From Candidatus Latescibacterota bacterium (lineage in GTDB: Bacteria; Latescibacterota; UBA2968): a DNA stretch of 64,000 bases. The DNA is taken from NCBI GenBank assembly GCA_965204745.1, contig OZ242010.1:2336001-2400000 (forward strand), read 5' to 3'. Position numbers and translations under genes: made by a program. Under the pieces are notes generated by a model. It was not told the origin of the DNA. It saw only the letters and a list, made by a program, of their open reading frames with translations, and searched no databases. Positions within the stretch are counted from its first letter, which is position 1, and each line of letters starts with the position of its first letter. Of this stretch, positions 43,565 through 52,943 are shown piece after piece.

Positions 43565-44938
43565 ATGCGCCTCAAGAAATGGTATTTTGCGCTGGTTTTC
43601 GCCTGTGTTTGTGCAACCGCCCATGGGCAAGAGGACGCGCCCGCGTATCGGGATCTGCCGTTGCGCGCCACCGGCGACCTGCGGGTTTTTGTCGAAATGG
43701 CCGGGTTTCGAGGGCCGCAAAATCTCACGCGCTTCGAGGTTTATACGCTGATCGACGCGCGGCAGTTGCAGTTCGTCCCCGAAGCTGGGAAATACGTTTC
43801 CCAAATCGACTTCGTGCTTTCCCTGCAAGATTCTGCGGGCAACTCGGTGATGCGCGAGTTGTGGACGCGCAATGTTTCGGTGAAAAATATCCGCGAATTA
43901 AAGCAAAACGGCGCGCTGGTGCGCGATGTCGTCGGCCTCGACATCGCGCCGGGTCCCTATACCGTCACCTTGTCTGCGGAAGATATTTACGGGGACCTCG
44001 CGGGCACCTGCGAGGGGCATGTGCGCGTGCGCGGGTTTGAAGGCCCGGCATTGGTCGTCAGCGACATCGTATTTGCCTCCGAATTGGCAAAGGCCGAGGC
44101 CAGCGGGCGGTTTGTGCGAAATGGCTGGCGGGTCGTGCCCAATACCACGCGGTTTTTCCGGGTGGGCAAGCCGATTCAGATCTACTTTGAGATTTACAAT
44201 TTCAAGGTCATGGCCGACAATCCCAAAGACTCCTTTGTGTTGGGCTACAGTTTGATAGACACCGCGGGGATGGTCGTCAAATCGTATCCGGCAAAGCGGT
44301 TGCTCAAACCCGGCGAAAGCGTGGTAAAAACAGACGCATTGGAAACCGAAGACCTGCCCGGCGGCGCGTACGCCTTGCAAGTTGAGTTGTTCGACCGGGG
44401 CACGCGCGAACACGTGCGGCACGAGCGCAAAGTTTTTTTACTTTCAGAAGAAGTCGAAAATCCACAGTTGACCGAGGCCGAGCAAGAACAGTTGCGCCAC
44501 TATCAAAGCATCCACCACATCGCGTCTGAAAAGGATTTGACGATGTACAAGTCTTTGGGCTCGCAAAATGCAAAAATGAAATTCCTTCAGGCGTTTTGGA
44601 AAAAACGCGACCCGACGCCAGACACGCCCCTCAACGAACGCCTGCGCGATCACCTGATGCGGATGAAGTATTCCGACGATACGTTCACCGCCCAACCGGG
44701 CAACCTGGGTTCAGACACGGACAAAGGCCGGATTTACGTCAAATACGGGCCGCCCAACGAGCGCGACTACACCACCTCGGCCGCGGTCGGCAAAGCCATT
44801 GATACGTGGATCTACGAAAAGTCGGGGCGCTACATTTTCGTGTTTTTTGATCGGCGCGGCACGGGTGTTTACGAACTGGTACATTCGACCATGTCGGGCG
44901 AGATCTACAATCCCGATTGGCAGAGCACGGCGTTTTAG
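43565..44938 (+). CDS. GWxTD-domain secreted protein
   Basis: Signal peptide; FWKKRDPTPDT..NE, GSDTDKGRIYVKYGPP, W.Y, F.F.D..G.G.Y.L. Confidence 0.82.
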   Translation: MRLKKWYFALVFACVCATAHGQEDAPAYRDLPLRATGDLRVFVEMAGFRGPQNLTRFEVYTLIDARQLQFVPEAGKYVSQIDFVLSLQDSAGNSVMRELWTRNVSVKNIRELKQNGALVRDVVGLDIAPGPYTVTLSAEDIYGDLAGTCEGHVRVRGFEGPALVVSDIVFASELAKAEASGRFVRNGWRVVPNTTRFFRVGKPIQIYFEIYNFKVMADNPKDSFVLGYSLIDTAGMVVKSYPAKRLLKPGESVVKTDALETEDLPGGAYALQVELFDRGTREHVRHERKVFLLSEEVENPQLTEAEQEQLRHYQSIHHIASEKDLTMYKSLGSQNAKMKFLQAFWKKRDPTPDTPLNERLRDHLMRMKYSDDTFTAQPGNLGSDTDKGRIYVKYGPPNERDYTTSAAVGKAIDTWIYEKSGRYIFVFFDRRGTGVYELVHSTMSGEIYNPDWQSTAF

Positions 44939-44957
44939 CGGTTGTTTTAAGATTATC

Positions 44958-45417
44958 GGGACCTACCCCCCTGGCCCCCCTTCCTGCGAGGAAGGGGGGA
45001 ATGGCGAGCGGTTTTGCGAGGGGATTGATGAGGGATTTCTAATCGCTTTATGCCCTCGGTCAATGCCATCAGAGCAACCAGAGCGATAAGCCATCAAAGG
45101 AGCTTTACTCCCCTTTTCCTGCAAGGAAGGGGGAATGGCGAGCGGTTTTGCGAGGGGATTGATGAGGGATTTTTAATCGCTTTATGCCCTCGGTCAATGC
45201 CATCAGAGCAACCAGAGCGATAAGCCATCAAAGGAGCTTTACTCCCCTTTTCCTGCAAGGAAGGGGGGAATGGCGAGCGGTTTTGCGAGGGGATTGATGA
45301 GGGATTTCTAATCGCTTTATGCCCTCGGTCAACGCCATCAGAGCAACTAGAGCTAGAAGCCATCAAAGGCACTTTACTCCCCTTTCCTCGTAGGAAAGGG
45401 GCCGGGGGATAGGTCCC
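44958..45417. mobile_element. REP/MITE-like element with three internal 134-135 bp tandem units
   Basis: Ends GGGACCTACCCCCCTGGCCCC / GGGGCCGGGGGATAGGTCCC; ATGGCGAGCGG unit starts at 45001, 45135, 45270. Confidence 0.8.
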
Positions 45418-45421
45418 CTCG

Positions 45422-45622
45422 CGCAACGCCATCAGAGGAGATCGTGACGTGATCACAAAGGCAGGCAAACCGTATTTGAGCTTGACGCAGTATCGCGGTG
45501 CTGCAAAAGCGCGACAGCCGGACTTGCTCAAAGGGCAAATCTGGATCGCCCCGGACTTCGATGAGACGACCGATGATGTGATCGATTCGTTCTACAACAG
45601 TCCGTTATTTCCCGACGAATAA
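45422..45622 (+). pseudogene. 5'-truncated Phd/YefM (VapB-type) antitoxin
   Basis: Translates RNAIRGDRDVITKAGKPYLSL..RQPDLLKGQIWIAPDFDET..*; the N-terminus is absent where the MITE sits. Confidence 0.72.
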
Positions 45623-45687
45623 TGCAACGCCTTCTGCTCGACACACACGCGCTTATTTCGATTTCGCGGGCGTATCACATATTGTAA
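45622..45687 (+). pseudogene. N-terminal stub of a VapC/PIN toxin
   Basis: TAATG coupling to the antitoxin; MQRLLLDTHALI.. then stop after 21 codons. Confidence 0.7.
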
Positions 45688-45696
45688 GGGACATCG

Positions 45697-48600
45697 ATGG
45701 ATCCTCGATTTACGCTGGAAAACGGCACGGGTATTTTTACGGGCAATGAATTGATCGTCAAGGGCGGTCTCGAAGGCGGCATGGGGTTGATGACCGGCTA
45801 CCCCGGTTCCCCTGTGGCAGAAGTGTTTGACGCCGCAGAGCGCGTCCGCGAGTTGTTGGTGGAAAAGGGCGTCATGGTGCAAATTGCCAACAACGAAGCC
45901 CTGGGGGCCGCGCGGCTCAACGGCGCGCAAATGGACGCGATCCGCGCTATCGCAGTGATGAAAAGCGTGGGCGCGCACGTCGCTTCAGACGCGCTCGCCC
46001 TAGGCAACATGGCCGGCACCGGCGAGGGCGCAGCAGCGGTCGCGGTCTTTGGCGACGATACGTGGTCCGAAGGCACGCAGGTGCCAGCCGATTCGCGGTT
46101 TATCGCCAAACACCTGTACATGCCCGTGCTCGAACCGAGCACCTTTCAGGAAATGAAAGACTGGATCAAAGTCGCCTTCGAGTTGTCGGAACAAACCCGG
46201 CTTTACATCGCGTACCTCGTCACGTCCAATCAGGCAGATGGCGGCGGCACGGTTGCGGTACATCCCAACCAATTTCCCGAACGGACGTTTCTCCGTCCCG
46301 CGCGCCTGGATCCCGCCGCGATTTCGCCGGACGAACGGGTGATCATTCCCCCGCACACCGTCGTCAAAGAAAAAGAAGTGCTCGAGGAGCGCTTTCCCCA
46401 CTTGCTCAGGCTCGCAAAAGACGATGGCCTGAACCGGATTTTGTACGGGCCGGACGCTGGCAAAAAGCAGATCGGCTTTGTCACCAGCAGTTTGGCCTAT
46501 TGTTATTTGGAACACGCGCTCACCATGGTGGGCTTGGGGGGTAGCATCCCCATTTTGAAATACGGCATCACCCACCCGATAGATGCGGACATTTTGCGCG
46601 AATTCGTCGGCATGGTCGATGACGTGTACGTGGTGGAGGAAAAACGCGGGTTTTTGGAGGAACAGATCACCGCCGCGCTGCAAACCATGCATCAGGCCGG
46701 GCAAATCGGCGCGTTTCGGGTCTGGGGCAAGCGCTTTCCCAACGGACGCGGTTTTCCCGACAGTTGCGGCCTGAACCCGAGCATCGCGCTCGAGGTGCTC
46801 GCGCCGGTGTTGAAATCGCTCTCCGATCCCAGCGTGCCCGTGGACCACACGCGCATCGACGACGCGGTCGCATTGATGGCGCAGACCAAAACGTTCGACC
46901 TGACCCCTTCGGTTCGCACGCCCTCGTTTTGCCCGGGCTGCCCGCATCGGGATTCGGCGAGTGTGTTGGACAAGATGATCGACGATTTTCGCAACCGCGA
47001 TTACATGCGCCGCAAGCACGGCGAGGAGCAGACAGATCTGATTTTTCACGGGGATATCGGCTGTTATTCCCTGCTGAAATACGAGCCGTTCAATCGCTTG
47101 ATGCACAACTTGTCCGGGATGGGCCTAGGCGGGGGCACGGGCGCGGGCATCGATCCCTTCATCGACAACAAACAAGTCGTGTTCATGGGCGATTCCACGT
47201 TTTTCCACAGCGGGATGGCGGCGATTTCCGATTCCATCAAACACGGGCAAGACATCACCTACGTGATTTTGGACAACAAGACCACGGCCATGACCGGGCA
47301 CCAGCCCACGCCGGGCGTGGATATCGACCTGATGGGACAGCCCACATTTGCCCAAGACATCGAAGACGTGGCGCGCGGGTTGGGCGGGGGCACAGATGGC
47401 CCGGTGCTGGTCACGCGCATGAACCCGGCCGACAGAGACGCGTACCGCGACGTTTTGGAGCGGGCGATCCTCAAAGACGGGGTCAAAATCGTCATCGCGG
47501 ACAAGGAATGCGGCATCACCTATCACCGCCGCATGCGCGCAGAGCAGCTTCAGACCACTCGGGAAAAGGGATTTCTGCCCGAAGAGACGCACATCAACAT
47601 CGCGTCCGAAGTCTGCGAGTACTGCTTGGAATGCACGCGGGCAACCGGGTGTAGCGGCCTCACAGTCGAGGAAACGCTCCACGGCCCAAAGGTGGCGACC
47701 GACCTGTCCCTGTGCGTGGCGGATGGGGCGTGTACCAAGGTGGAAGTCGCCAATGGCGATAAGACCTGTCCCTCGTTTGAACGCCTGACCATTCACCGCG
47801 TGCGCGCGCCCGAAGTGCAAACCGAGTCTATCGAGTTGTCGGATATCCCCGAACCCGAATGCCGGGATTTTGACACGGCTTGGTACGCGTACGTGGCCGG
47901 CGTTGGCGGCATGGGCGTCAATACCATTTCCGCGATTATCGCTGTTGCGGGCGCGCGGCAGGGCTATACCGTGCGCTTTACGAACAAAAAGGGGTTGGCG
48001 ATTCGCAATGGCGGCGTGTATTCGCACGTCAGTTTTAGCCGCAGTGATCGGGTCATTTCGCAACTGACGCCCTACGGGCACGCGGATTTGTTGTTGGGCT
48101 TGGATATCTTGGAGGCCGTGCGCGGGTTGGATCCCCATGGCACGGGCCGCGTTGCCAGCCCGCAGCGCACCACCGCTGTCGTGGAGACCGGCAAGCGCGA
48201 GACCATTTTGTCGATGATCGGCCGCGACGAGTTTGATACGGATAACTTGGAGGATATTTTGCGGCAATACACCGATGCCGACACGTATTTCGGGATGGAC
48301 TTGGGCGAAATATCCGAACGCTATTTGGGCAATAAGATCTACGCCAACAGCATTTTGCTCGGCGCCGCATTTCAACGGGGCGCGTTGCCCCTCTCGCTGG
48401 AGAATATCCGCTGGGCGATGAAGCAAAACATCAAAGCGAATGAACTCGACGCCAATCTCAAGGCGTTTGAGATGGGCCGCAAGGCCGCGTTGCATCCCGA
48501 AGCGTTCGCAAAGCCCGAACACGCGATCACGTACCGCGACCTCATCGCGGAGAAGGCGGGGATTTTGGCAAAGACAAAGGGCAAAAAATTGGCCGAGACC

Positions 48601-49302
48601 TATCGCGCACACGCAGAGACAGTCGGCGATTGGGCCCTTTCAGACGCGACAAAATTCCAGTTCGCACTCGGGGTGTACGATTTGATTCAGTGGGGCGGCA
48701 TCGAATGCGCGCAGGCCTATCTCGCGCGCGTCAAGCAGACCTACGCCCGAGACGAGGCGCGCTACCAATACGCGGCGACCGATGCGGTGACGCGCTTTCT
48801 CGCCCGGGTGATGGCGTACAAAGACGAGATTTACGTGGCGCATCTCTTGACGAGCGAGGAAAAGTACCGCCGCGATTGCACACGCTACAATGTCGATCCC
48901 GCCCGCGGCGACAAAATTTCCTACCGACACCTGACGCGCCCGCATTTCCAGGTGCTCGGGTTGGACATCAAATTCGATATCCAAACGCGCGACTGGATGC
49001 TCAATCTCATGAAGCGCGCCCGCTTTTTGCGCCGCCTCCCGGCCTGGCACCGAGAGGAGAAGTCCTATCGCGACTGGTACATCGATCTCGTGGATGGCTT
49101 TGAATTTGACAGCGCGGCGCGCTACGAGACATACCTCAAAGCCCTGCGCCTGCCCGATGAAGTGCGCGGGTACCGCGAGGTGATCTGGCCGAAAATGGCC
49201 GCCGCCAAAAAAATGGCCGACCACTGGCTCAACGGCAATGGAACGCCCCCAAAGCTGGACCGCGAGGTTCTCGATATCGAACCCGTGGTCGAGAAGGCTT
49301 AA
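45697..49302 (+). CDS. Indolepyruvate:ferredoxin oxidoreductase, fused alpha-beta form
   Basis: GYPGSP, ANNEA, RTPSFCPGCPHR, GDIGCY, GDSTFFHSG TPP motif, TAMTGHQ, ferredoxin-like Cys cluster, GVGGMGV beta domain, MAYKDE tail. Confidence 0.9.
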   Translation: MDPRFTLENGTGIFTGNELIVKGGLEGGMGLMTGYPGSPVAEVFDAAERVRELLVEKGVMVQIANNEALGAARLNGAQMDAIRAIAVMKSVGAHVASDALALGNMAGTGEGAAAVAVFGDDTWSEGTQVPADSRFIAKHLYMPVLEPSTFQEMKDWIKVAFELSEQTRLYIAYLVTSNQADGGGTVAVHPNQFPERTFLRPARLDPAAISPDERVIIPPHTVVKEKEVLEERFPHLLRLAKDDGLNRILYGPDAGKKQIGFVTSSLAYCYLEHALTMVGLGGSIPILKYGITHPIDADILREFVGMVDDVYVVEEKRGFLEEQITAALQTMHQAGQIGAFRVWGKRFPNGRGFPDSCGLNPSIALEVLAPVLKSLSDPSVPVDHTRIDDAVALMAQTKTFDLTPSVRTPSFCPGCPHRDSASVLDKMIDDFRNRDYMRRKHGEEQTDLIFHGDIGCYSLLKYEPFNRLMHNLSGMGLGGGTGAGIDPFIDNKQVVFMGDSTFFHSGMAAISDSIKHGQDITYVILDNKTTAMTGHQPTPGVDIDLMGQPTFAQDIEDVARGLGGGTDGPVLVTRMNPADRDAYRDVLERAILKDGVKIVIADKECGITYHRRMRAEQLQTTREKGFLPEETHINIASEVCEYCLECTRATGCSGLTVEETLHGPKVATDLSLCVADGACTKVEVANGDKTCPSFERLTIHRVRAPEVQTESIELSDIPEPECRDFDTAWYAYVAGVGGMGVNTISAIIAVAGARQGYTVRFTNKKGLAIRNGGVYSHVSFSRSDRVISQLTPYGHADLLLGLDILEAVRGLDPHGTGRVASPQRTTAVVETGKRETILSMIGRDEFDTDNLEDILRQYTDADTYFGMDLGEISERYLGNKIYANSILLGAAFQRGALPLSLENIRWAMKQNIKANELDANLKAFEMGRKAALHPEAFAKPEHAITYRDLIAEKAGILAKTKGKKLAETYRAHAETVGDWALSDATKFQFALGVYDLIQWGGIECAQAYLARVKQTYARDEARYQYAATDAVTRFLARVMAYKDEIYVAHLLTSEEKYRRDCTRYNVDPARGDKISYRHLTRPHFQVLGLDIKFDIQTRDWMLNLMKRARFLRRLPAWHREEKSYRDWYIDLVDGFEFDSAARYETYLKALRLPDEVRGYREVIWPKMAAAKKMADHWLNGNGTPPKLDREVLDIEPVVEKA

Positions 49303-49337
49303 ACCCGCCCGCGATCATTCAAACGATGGAGCATCCG

Positions 49338-49616
49338 ATGAAGCGCGTTTTTACAGTAAAGGCCATCTGGGACGATGAGGCGCAGGTCTTCTACGCCCAA
49401 AGCGATATCGAAGGCTTGCACATCGAAGCCGCCAGCCTCGACGAATTTGAAGAAATCATGCTGGACGCAGCACCCGAATTGATCCTGGTCAACCACCGAA
49501 GCGCGTCCGGTATCTCCGAATATCCCTTGAAAGATTTGATACCGAGCATTCTGTGGCAAAGGTCGGAGACGGAAAGGACGATCCTGAAAAGTGCGGGAAG
49601 CATAAACAAGTTCTGA
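49338..49616 (+). CDS. DUF1902 (HicB-like antitoxin) protein, possibly fused to the last residues of a deleted HicA
   Basis: VKAIWDDEAQVFYAQSDIEGLHIEA.SLDEF..APELI; GGAG before ATG 49338; tail ILKSAGSINKF. Confidence 0.72.
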   Translation: MKRVFTVKAIWDDEAQVFYAQSDIEGLHIEAASLDEFEEIMLDAAPELILVNHRSASGISEYPLKDLIPSILWQRSETERTILKSAGSINKF

Positions 49617-49628
49617 TCGGAGGTAATA

Positions 49629-50576
49629 ATGGGTTTTTGGGACACACTACGTGAAATTGCAGTAGATATCTGGAAGGAATATCAAATTGCCCAAGTCTAT
49701 CCAACACTGCAAGACGCGGTGAATAAATATCGCGCTGATGACTACGACTTGATAAAATGCGAACCACCTTGGTTTGCTACACTCAAAAAACAAGGGGTGT
49801 TTGGTGCAAAGACCGTCACGCTTAGAGTGCAAGAAGATGGGTCGGTTCACGTTCTTGAAAGTGGTGTCTTCGGCGAGGAAAGGGTGATCCCTAAAACAGT
49901 AGGTGCGCCGACACCCCAGGAATTTATACAGATGCTTGAAGAAAGGGAGGCCGAAGCTCAAACTCGTCAAGCGTTGAGTGAAAACGAAAAAAACGCCATC
50001 GCCTTTGGAACGCTGTTTTTGATGTTCGGCAAACTGGCAAAGGCAGATTCGCAGGTATCGAAAGATGAAATCAGCGCGATTGAAGAGTTCATGACCGAGG
50101 GAGAATTGGACCAAGAGGCCCGAAAAGTAGCGATTGAATTTTTCAACGAAGGTAAAGAGACGAAAACGCCATTTCGGGAAATCGCCGCTGAATTTGCACA
50201 ATATGCAGAAGATGTCGAAATGCGTCGATATGCTCTGTATTGTCTCGTGCAAATCGCTACCTCTGATGGTGCGTTACACGCAACAGAGGAACGCTATCTC
50301 AACGAAGCGGTCGTCGCATTTGGCTTGCCGCCAAGCATCTTGGCCGAAGCCTTGGAAGAAATACTTCCCGACATGCAGAAGTACTATGAGATTTTGGGTT
50401 GCGATCCTTCGGCTTCCGATGACGAGTTGAAACGATGCTACCGTGAATTAGGAAAAAAATATCATCCAGATCGAATATCTTCGAAGGATCTCCCGCCTCA
50501 TCTTCTCAAACTTGCAGAAGAAAAATTCAAAGAGATCCAAAACGCCTATCAGATCATAACCCAACATCAAAAATAA
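49629..50576 (+). CDS. TerB + DnaJ J-domain co-chaperone (DjlA-like) with an atypical soluble N-terminal domain
   Basis: KLAKADSQVSKDEI and IATSDGALHATEE (TerB); YYEILG..YHPDR..FKEIQNAY (J domain); GGAGG RBS. Confidence 0.85.
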   Translation: MGFWDTLREIAVDIWKEYQIAQVYPTLQDAVNKYRADDYDLIKCEPPWFATLKKQGVFGAKTVTLRVQEDGSVHVLESGVFGEERVIPKTVGAPTPQEFIQMLEEREAEAQTRQALSENEKNAIAFGTLFLMFGKLAKADSQVSKDEISAIEEFMTEGELDQEARKVAIEFFNEGKETKTPFREIAAEFAQYAEDVEMRRYALYCLVQIATSDGALHATEERYLNEAVVAFGLPPSILAEALEEILPDMQKYYEILGCDPSASDDELKRCYRELGKKYHPDRISSKDLPPHLLKLAEEKFKEIQNAYQIITQHQK

Positions 50577-50681
50577 GCATCCCGTCCACAACGAACAGAA
50601 TCTCAAATGCTGATCGGTAGCGATGGGATTATCTATTTTTGATAGACAAAAACCTACTTATTTTTAACGAGGAGCATACCT

Positions 50682-51857
50682 ATGTGGCCTATGATTGCAG
50701 AACCCGGCCTACGCTGTGCAGAGTGCAAACATACTATCCAACCGGGCCGGTTGTGTCTGTCCGAGTTGCCCGAGGAAACGCCGGACGGTGTCAGCCGTGG
50801 CGACTTCAAAAATTACTGCATCGGTTGTCCCGACTGCTGGCGATATGGCAAACACGCCTGTTATGTCCGCTACTTAGACTCCGGGCGAAGCATTGGTAAA
50901 ACGCCCCGCAGTCTGCCCTGTGCCCGTTGCGGTCAACGCATTGGAGCGGATGAAAAAGCCGGTGTTGATATTTACTACGACTGGCCCGGCGAAACCGAAG
51001 ACGGTCATAGCAGGACACTGACCCAAGCCAGCGTCGCCGGACTGACCGCCGCTACCCAGGTAGGCACAGTCATACGCGGCGTGCCCGATGGCTCTTTCGC
51101 CAGCCTTACCGACAGTCTGCAACGCAAATTTATGGACGCCGGACTACGTGACGGAACAAGAAGCTTTGCCGAAGCCCAAGCTCTTTATCAAGAATCAGTG
51201 CCCTTATTCGTCCAAAACTACGGCGAAGATGCCGTGAAGCAATTCCTACAAGGCAAGGACGCCAGCCACATCAAGTCAGTGCATAATGCGCCTCACTTGG
51301 CTACCGACCATAGCAACATTCTATGGGAAAACTCCGGTATCAATCGCGCCCGAGGGGCCGCCGATATGACCGGAAGGGAGCATCTCAATGCCCAAGCCAC
51401 CAACGCCTTTGACGCTTCGCAAATCATGTTGCGGGAATGTGCTACCGCCGCTGGTTCCGCCGCTCTATTCGCCGCTCTACTTGAAGCCCCGGTCAGCGGC
51501 ATTGAAAACTACATCCATTACAGGAAAGGTCGCAAAACAGGCGAGGAAGCCATCAAGGATGCTGCCAAATCTATCGCTATACACGCCGGTTCTGCCGCCA
51601 TCGTCGGCATCGGCGTAACCATCGCTATCGGTTTGGGAGCCGGCCCCATCATCGCCACGCTTGCCCCCATCCTAATGCCCATAGGTTTCGCGTTGTATGG
51701 CAGTAGCGTCCTGAAACGCATTCTGAACGCACTGGCAGATGGCCTGCCGTTGCATCGAATAGGCACTTACTTCTGTAGTCCTCGTTGCCATACTATGTTC
51801 GCTTACGAGACGGGTAAGTCGGCCTTGATACGGTGGGAAGCGAATCGAATTGCGTAA
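50682..51857 (+). CDS. Hypothetical protein: Cys-rich Zn-finger-like N-terminus, HNH-like motif, C-terminal hydrophobic helices
   Basis: GAGGAG RBS; CAEC, CIGCPDC, HAC, CARC; DASHIKS..NILWENSGINRARG; hydrophobic AAIVGIGVTIAIGLGAGPIIATLAPILMPIGFALYG; YFCSPRC. Confidence 0.75.
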   Translation: MWPMIAEPGLRCAECKHTIQPGRLCLSELPEETPDGVSRGDFKNYCIGCPDCWRYGKHACYVRYLDSGRSIGKTPRSLPCARCGQRIGADEKAGVDIYYDWPGETEDGHSRTLTQASVAGLTAATQVGTVIRGVPDGSFASLTDSLQRKFMDAGLRDGTRSFAEAQALYQESVPLFVQNYGEDAVKQFLQGKDASHIKSVHNAPHLATDHSNILWENSGINRARGAADMTGREHLNAQATNAFDASQIMLRECATAAGSAALFAALLEAPVSGIENYIHYRKGRKTGEEAIKDAAKSIAIHAGSAAIVGIGVTIAIGLGAGPIIATLAPILMPIGFALYGSSVLKRILNALADGLPLHRIGTYFCSPRCHTMFAYETGKSALIRWEANRIA

Positions 51858-51894
51858 CTGACGTTACGCGGTACATCAAATAAGGAGAGCACCA

Positions 51895-52755
51895 ATGAGT
51901 CAATACCCGTTCAATCTGCGAGGCAAGCAAGAACATGTGCATGGTACCGGCCTCACAAACAGTCAAATCCAAGAAGGCATTGTCCAGCGTAGCCGCGAGT
52001 TCGTTCTGAAACAAGGGGTTATTATTGCAGATATCGCACATCACGGCTACGACGACTTCAAACTGCAATTCATCCCCACTGAAGGCTCTAGCGAAGAAGC
52101 TACCGCCGCCTCAATTGGTGGAGCCTTCGGTGCTAGTGCCGCCTTGGGCGCACGTTGGCCGCGGCGAAAGCGAGCGCGTTGCCTTGCTGGTGCCGCTTCT
52201 GGTGCCGCCTTGGGTAGAATTGTGCCCGGTGCAGGAACAATAGCTGGCGCGTTGATAGGAGGAGTGGTCGGATATTTCACGGGCAATGCAATCTGGACGC
52301 CTGTCGATTGTCGAGGAACATTCGACGCATCTTGCATCAGGCGAGTCAACGAAGACGGAGAAAACGCCCTTTCACCAGGTAAATACTACATAGAAGTAAC
52401 GGCCAAGGATAGATGGACTTGCAATTTTATTCAGCCTGATTTAGGCCAGCCATGGGGCCCTTTGGTAGTTGAAGATGGTAACTTCGACCAAGACAGCATA
52501 GGGGCAGGACTTCACATCCATGGCCCCTTGGAATCTGGCTACCGACCAACGCTTGCCAACATCTATCACAGGGGCCTCGGAGAATTTTATGCCGCTGCCT
52601 ACAGTGCCGATGGAACCCACCAATGCACTGTATTTCAAGAAACTGGGCAATTCCGAGTTGAGGAATATCAAACAGAGATCAAACCCGGCAAGGAGTACTT
52701 TCTCTATATTGAAGCCCATGGTGATTGGTTCATAACCTTCACTGAAGGGTACTAG
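51895..52755 (+). CDS. Hypothetical protein: glycine zipper within a duplicated small beta-sandwich domain
   Basis: AAGGAG RBS; GAASGAALG..GTIAGALIGGVVG; repeated H.G...F and Y.IEV.A...W...F patterns. Confidence 0.72.
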   Translation: MSQYPFNLRGKQEHVHGTGLTNSQIQEGIVQRSREFVLKQGVIIADIAHHGYDDFKLQFIPTEGSSEEATAASIGGAFGASAALGARWPRRKRARCLAGAASGAALGRIVPGAGTIAGALIGGVVGYFTGNAIWTPVDCRGTFDASCIRRVNEDGENALSPGKYYIEVTAKDRWTCNFIQPDLGQPWGPLVVEDGNFDQDSIGAGLHIHGPLESGYRPTLANIYHRGLGEFYAAAYSADGTHQCTVFQETGQFRVEEYQTEIKPGKEYFLYIEAHGDWFITFTEGY

Positions 52756-52864
52756 GGTATGTGCGATAAATGCTTTACGCGGGTTCTCCCCGTCGTTATT
52801 CCCGTAAGCGTGTGTTGGAATGACGTATAGTGCAACTTGGGCAATTATCACATCCGAATATCCC

Positions 52865-52893
52865 TTGAAACAAACGTGCGGGTTGGTTATATT
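52865..52893 (+). promoter_or_regulatory. Sigma70-type promoter of the HPR-like gene
   Basis: TTGAAA - 17 nt - TATATT. Confidence 0.55.
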
Positions 52894-52943
52894 CTGCACG
52901 CGAAATTTTTCCCTGTAAATGCACATCTCAAGGAGGACGTGTT

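Noticed and set aside
44958-45417. Possible CRISPR array (palindromic repeats at regular spacing)
   Set aside because: Intervening sequences are near-identical, the period is 134-135 bp, and no cas genes are present
52140-52190. Frameshift scar in the glycine zipper (RWPRRKRARC)
   Set aside because: The frame is open and the alternative frames do not give a clearly better zipper
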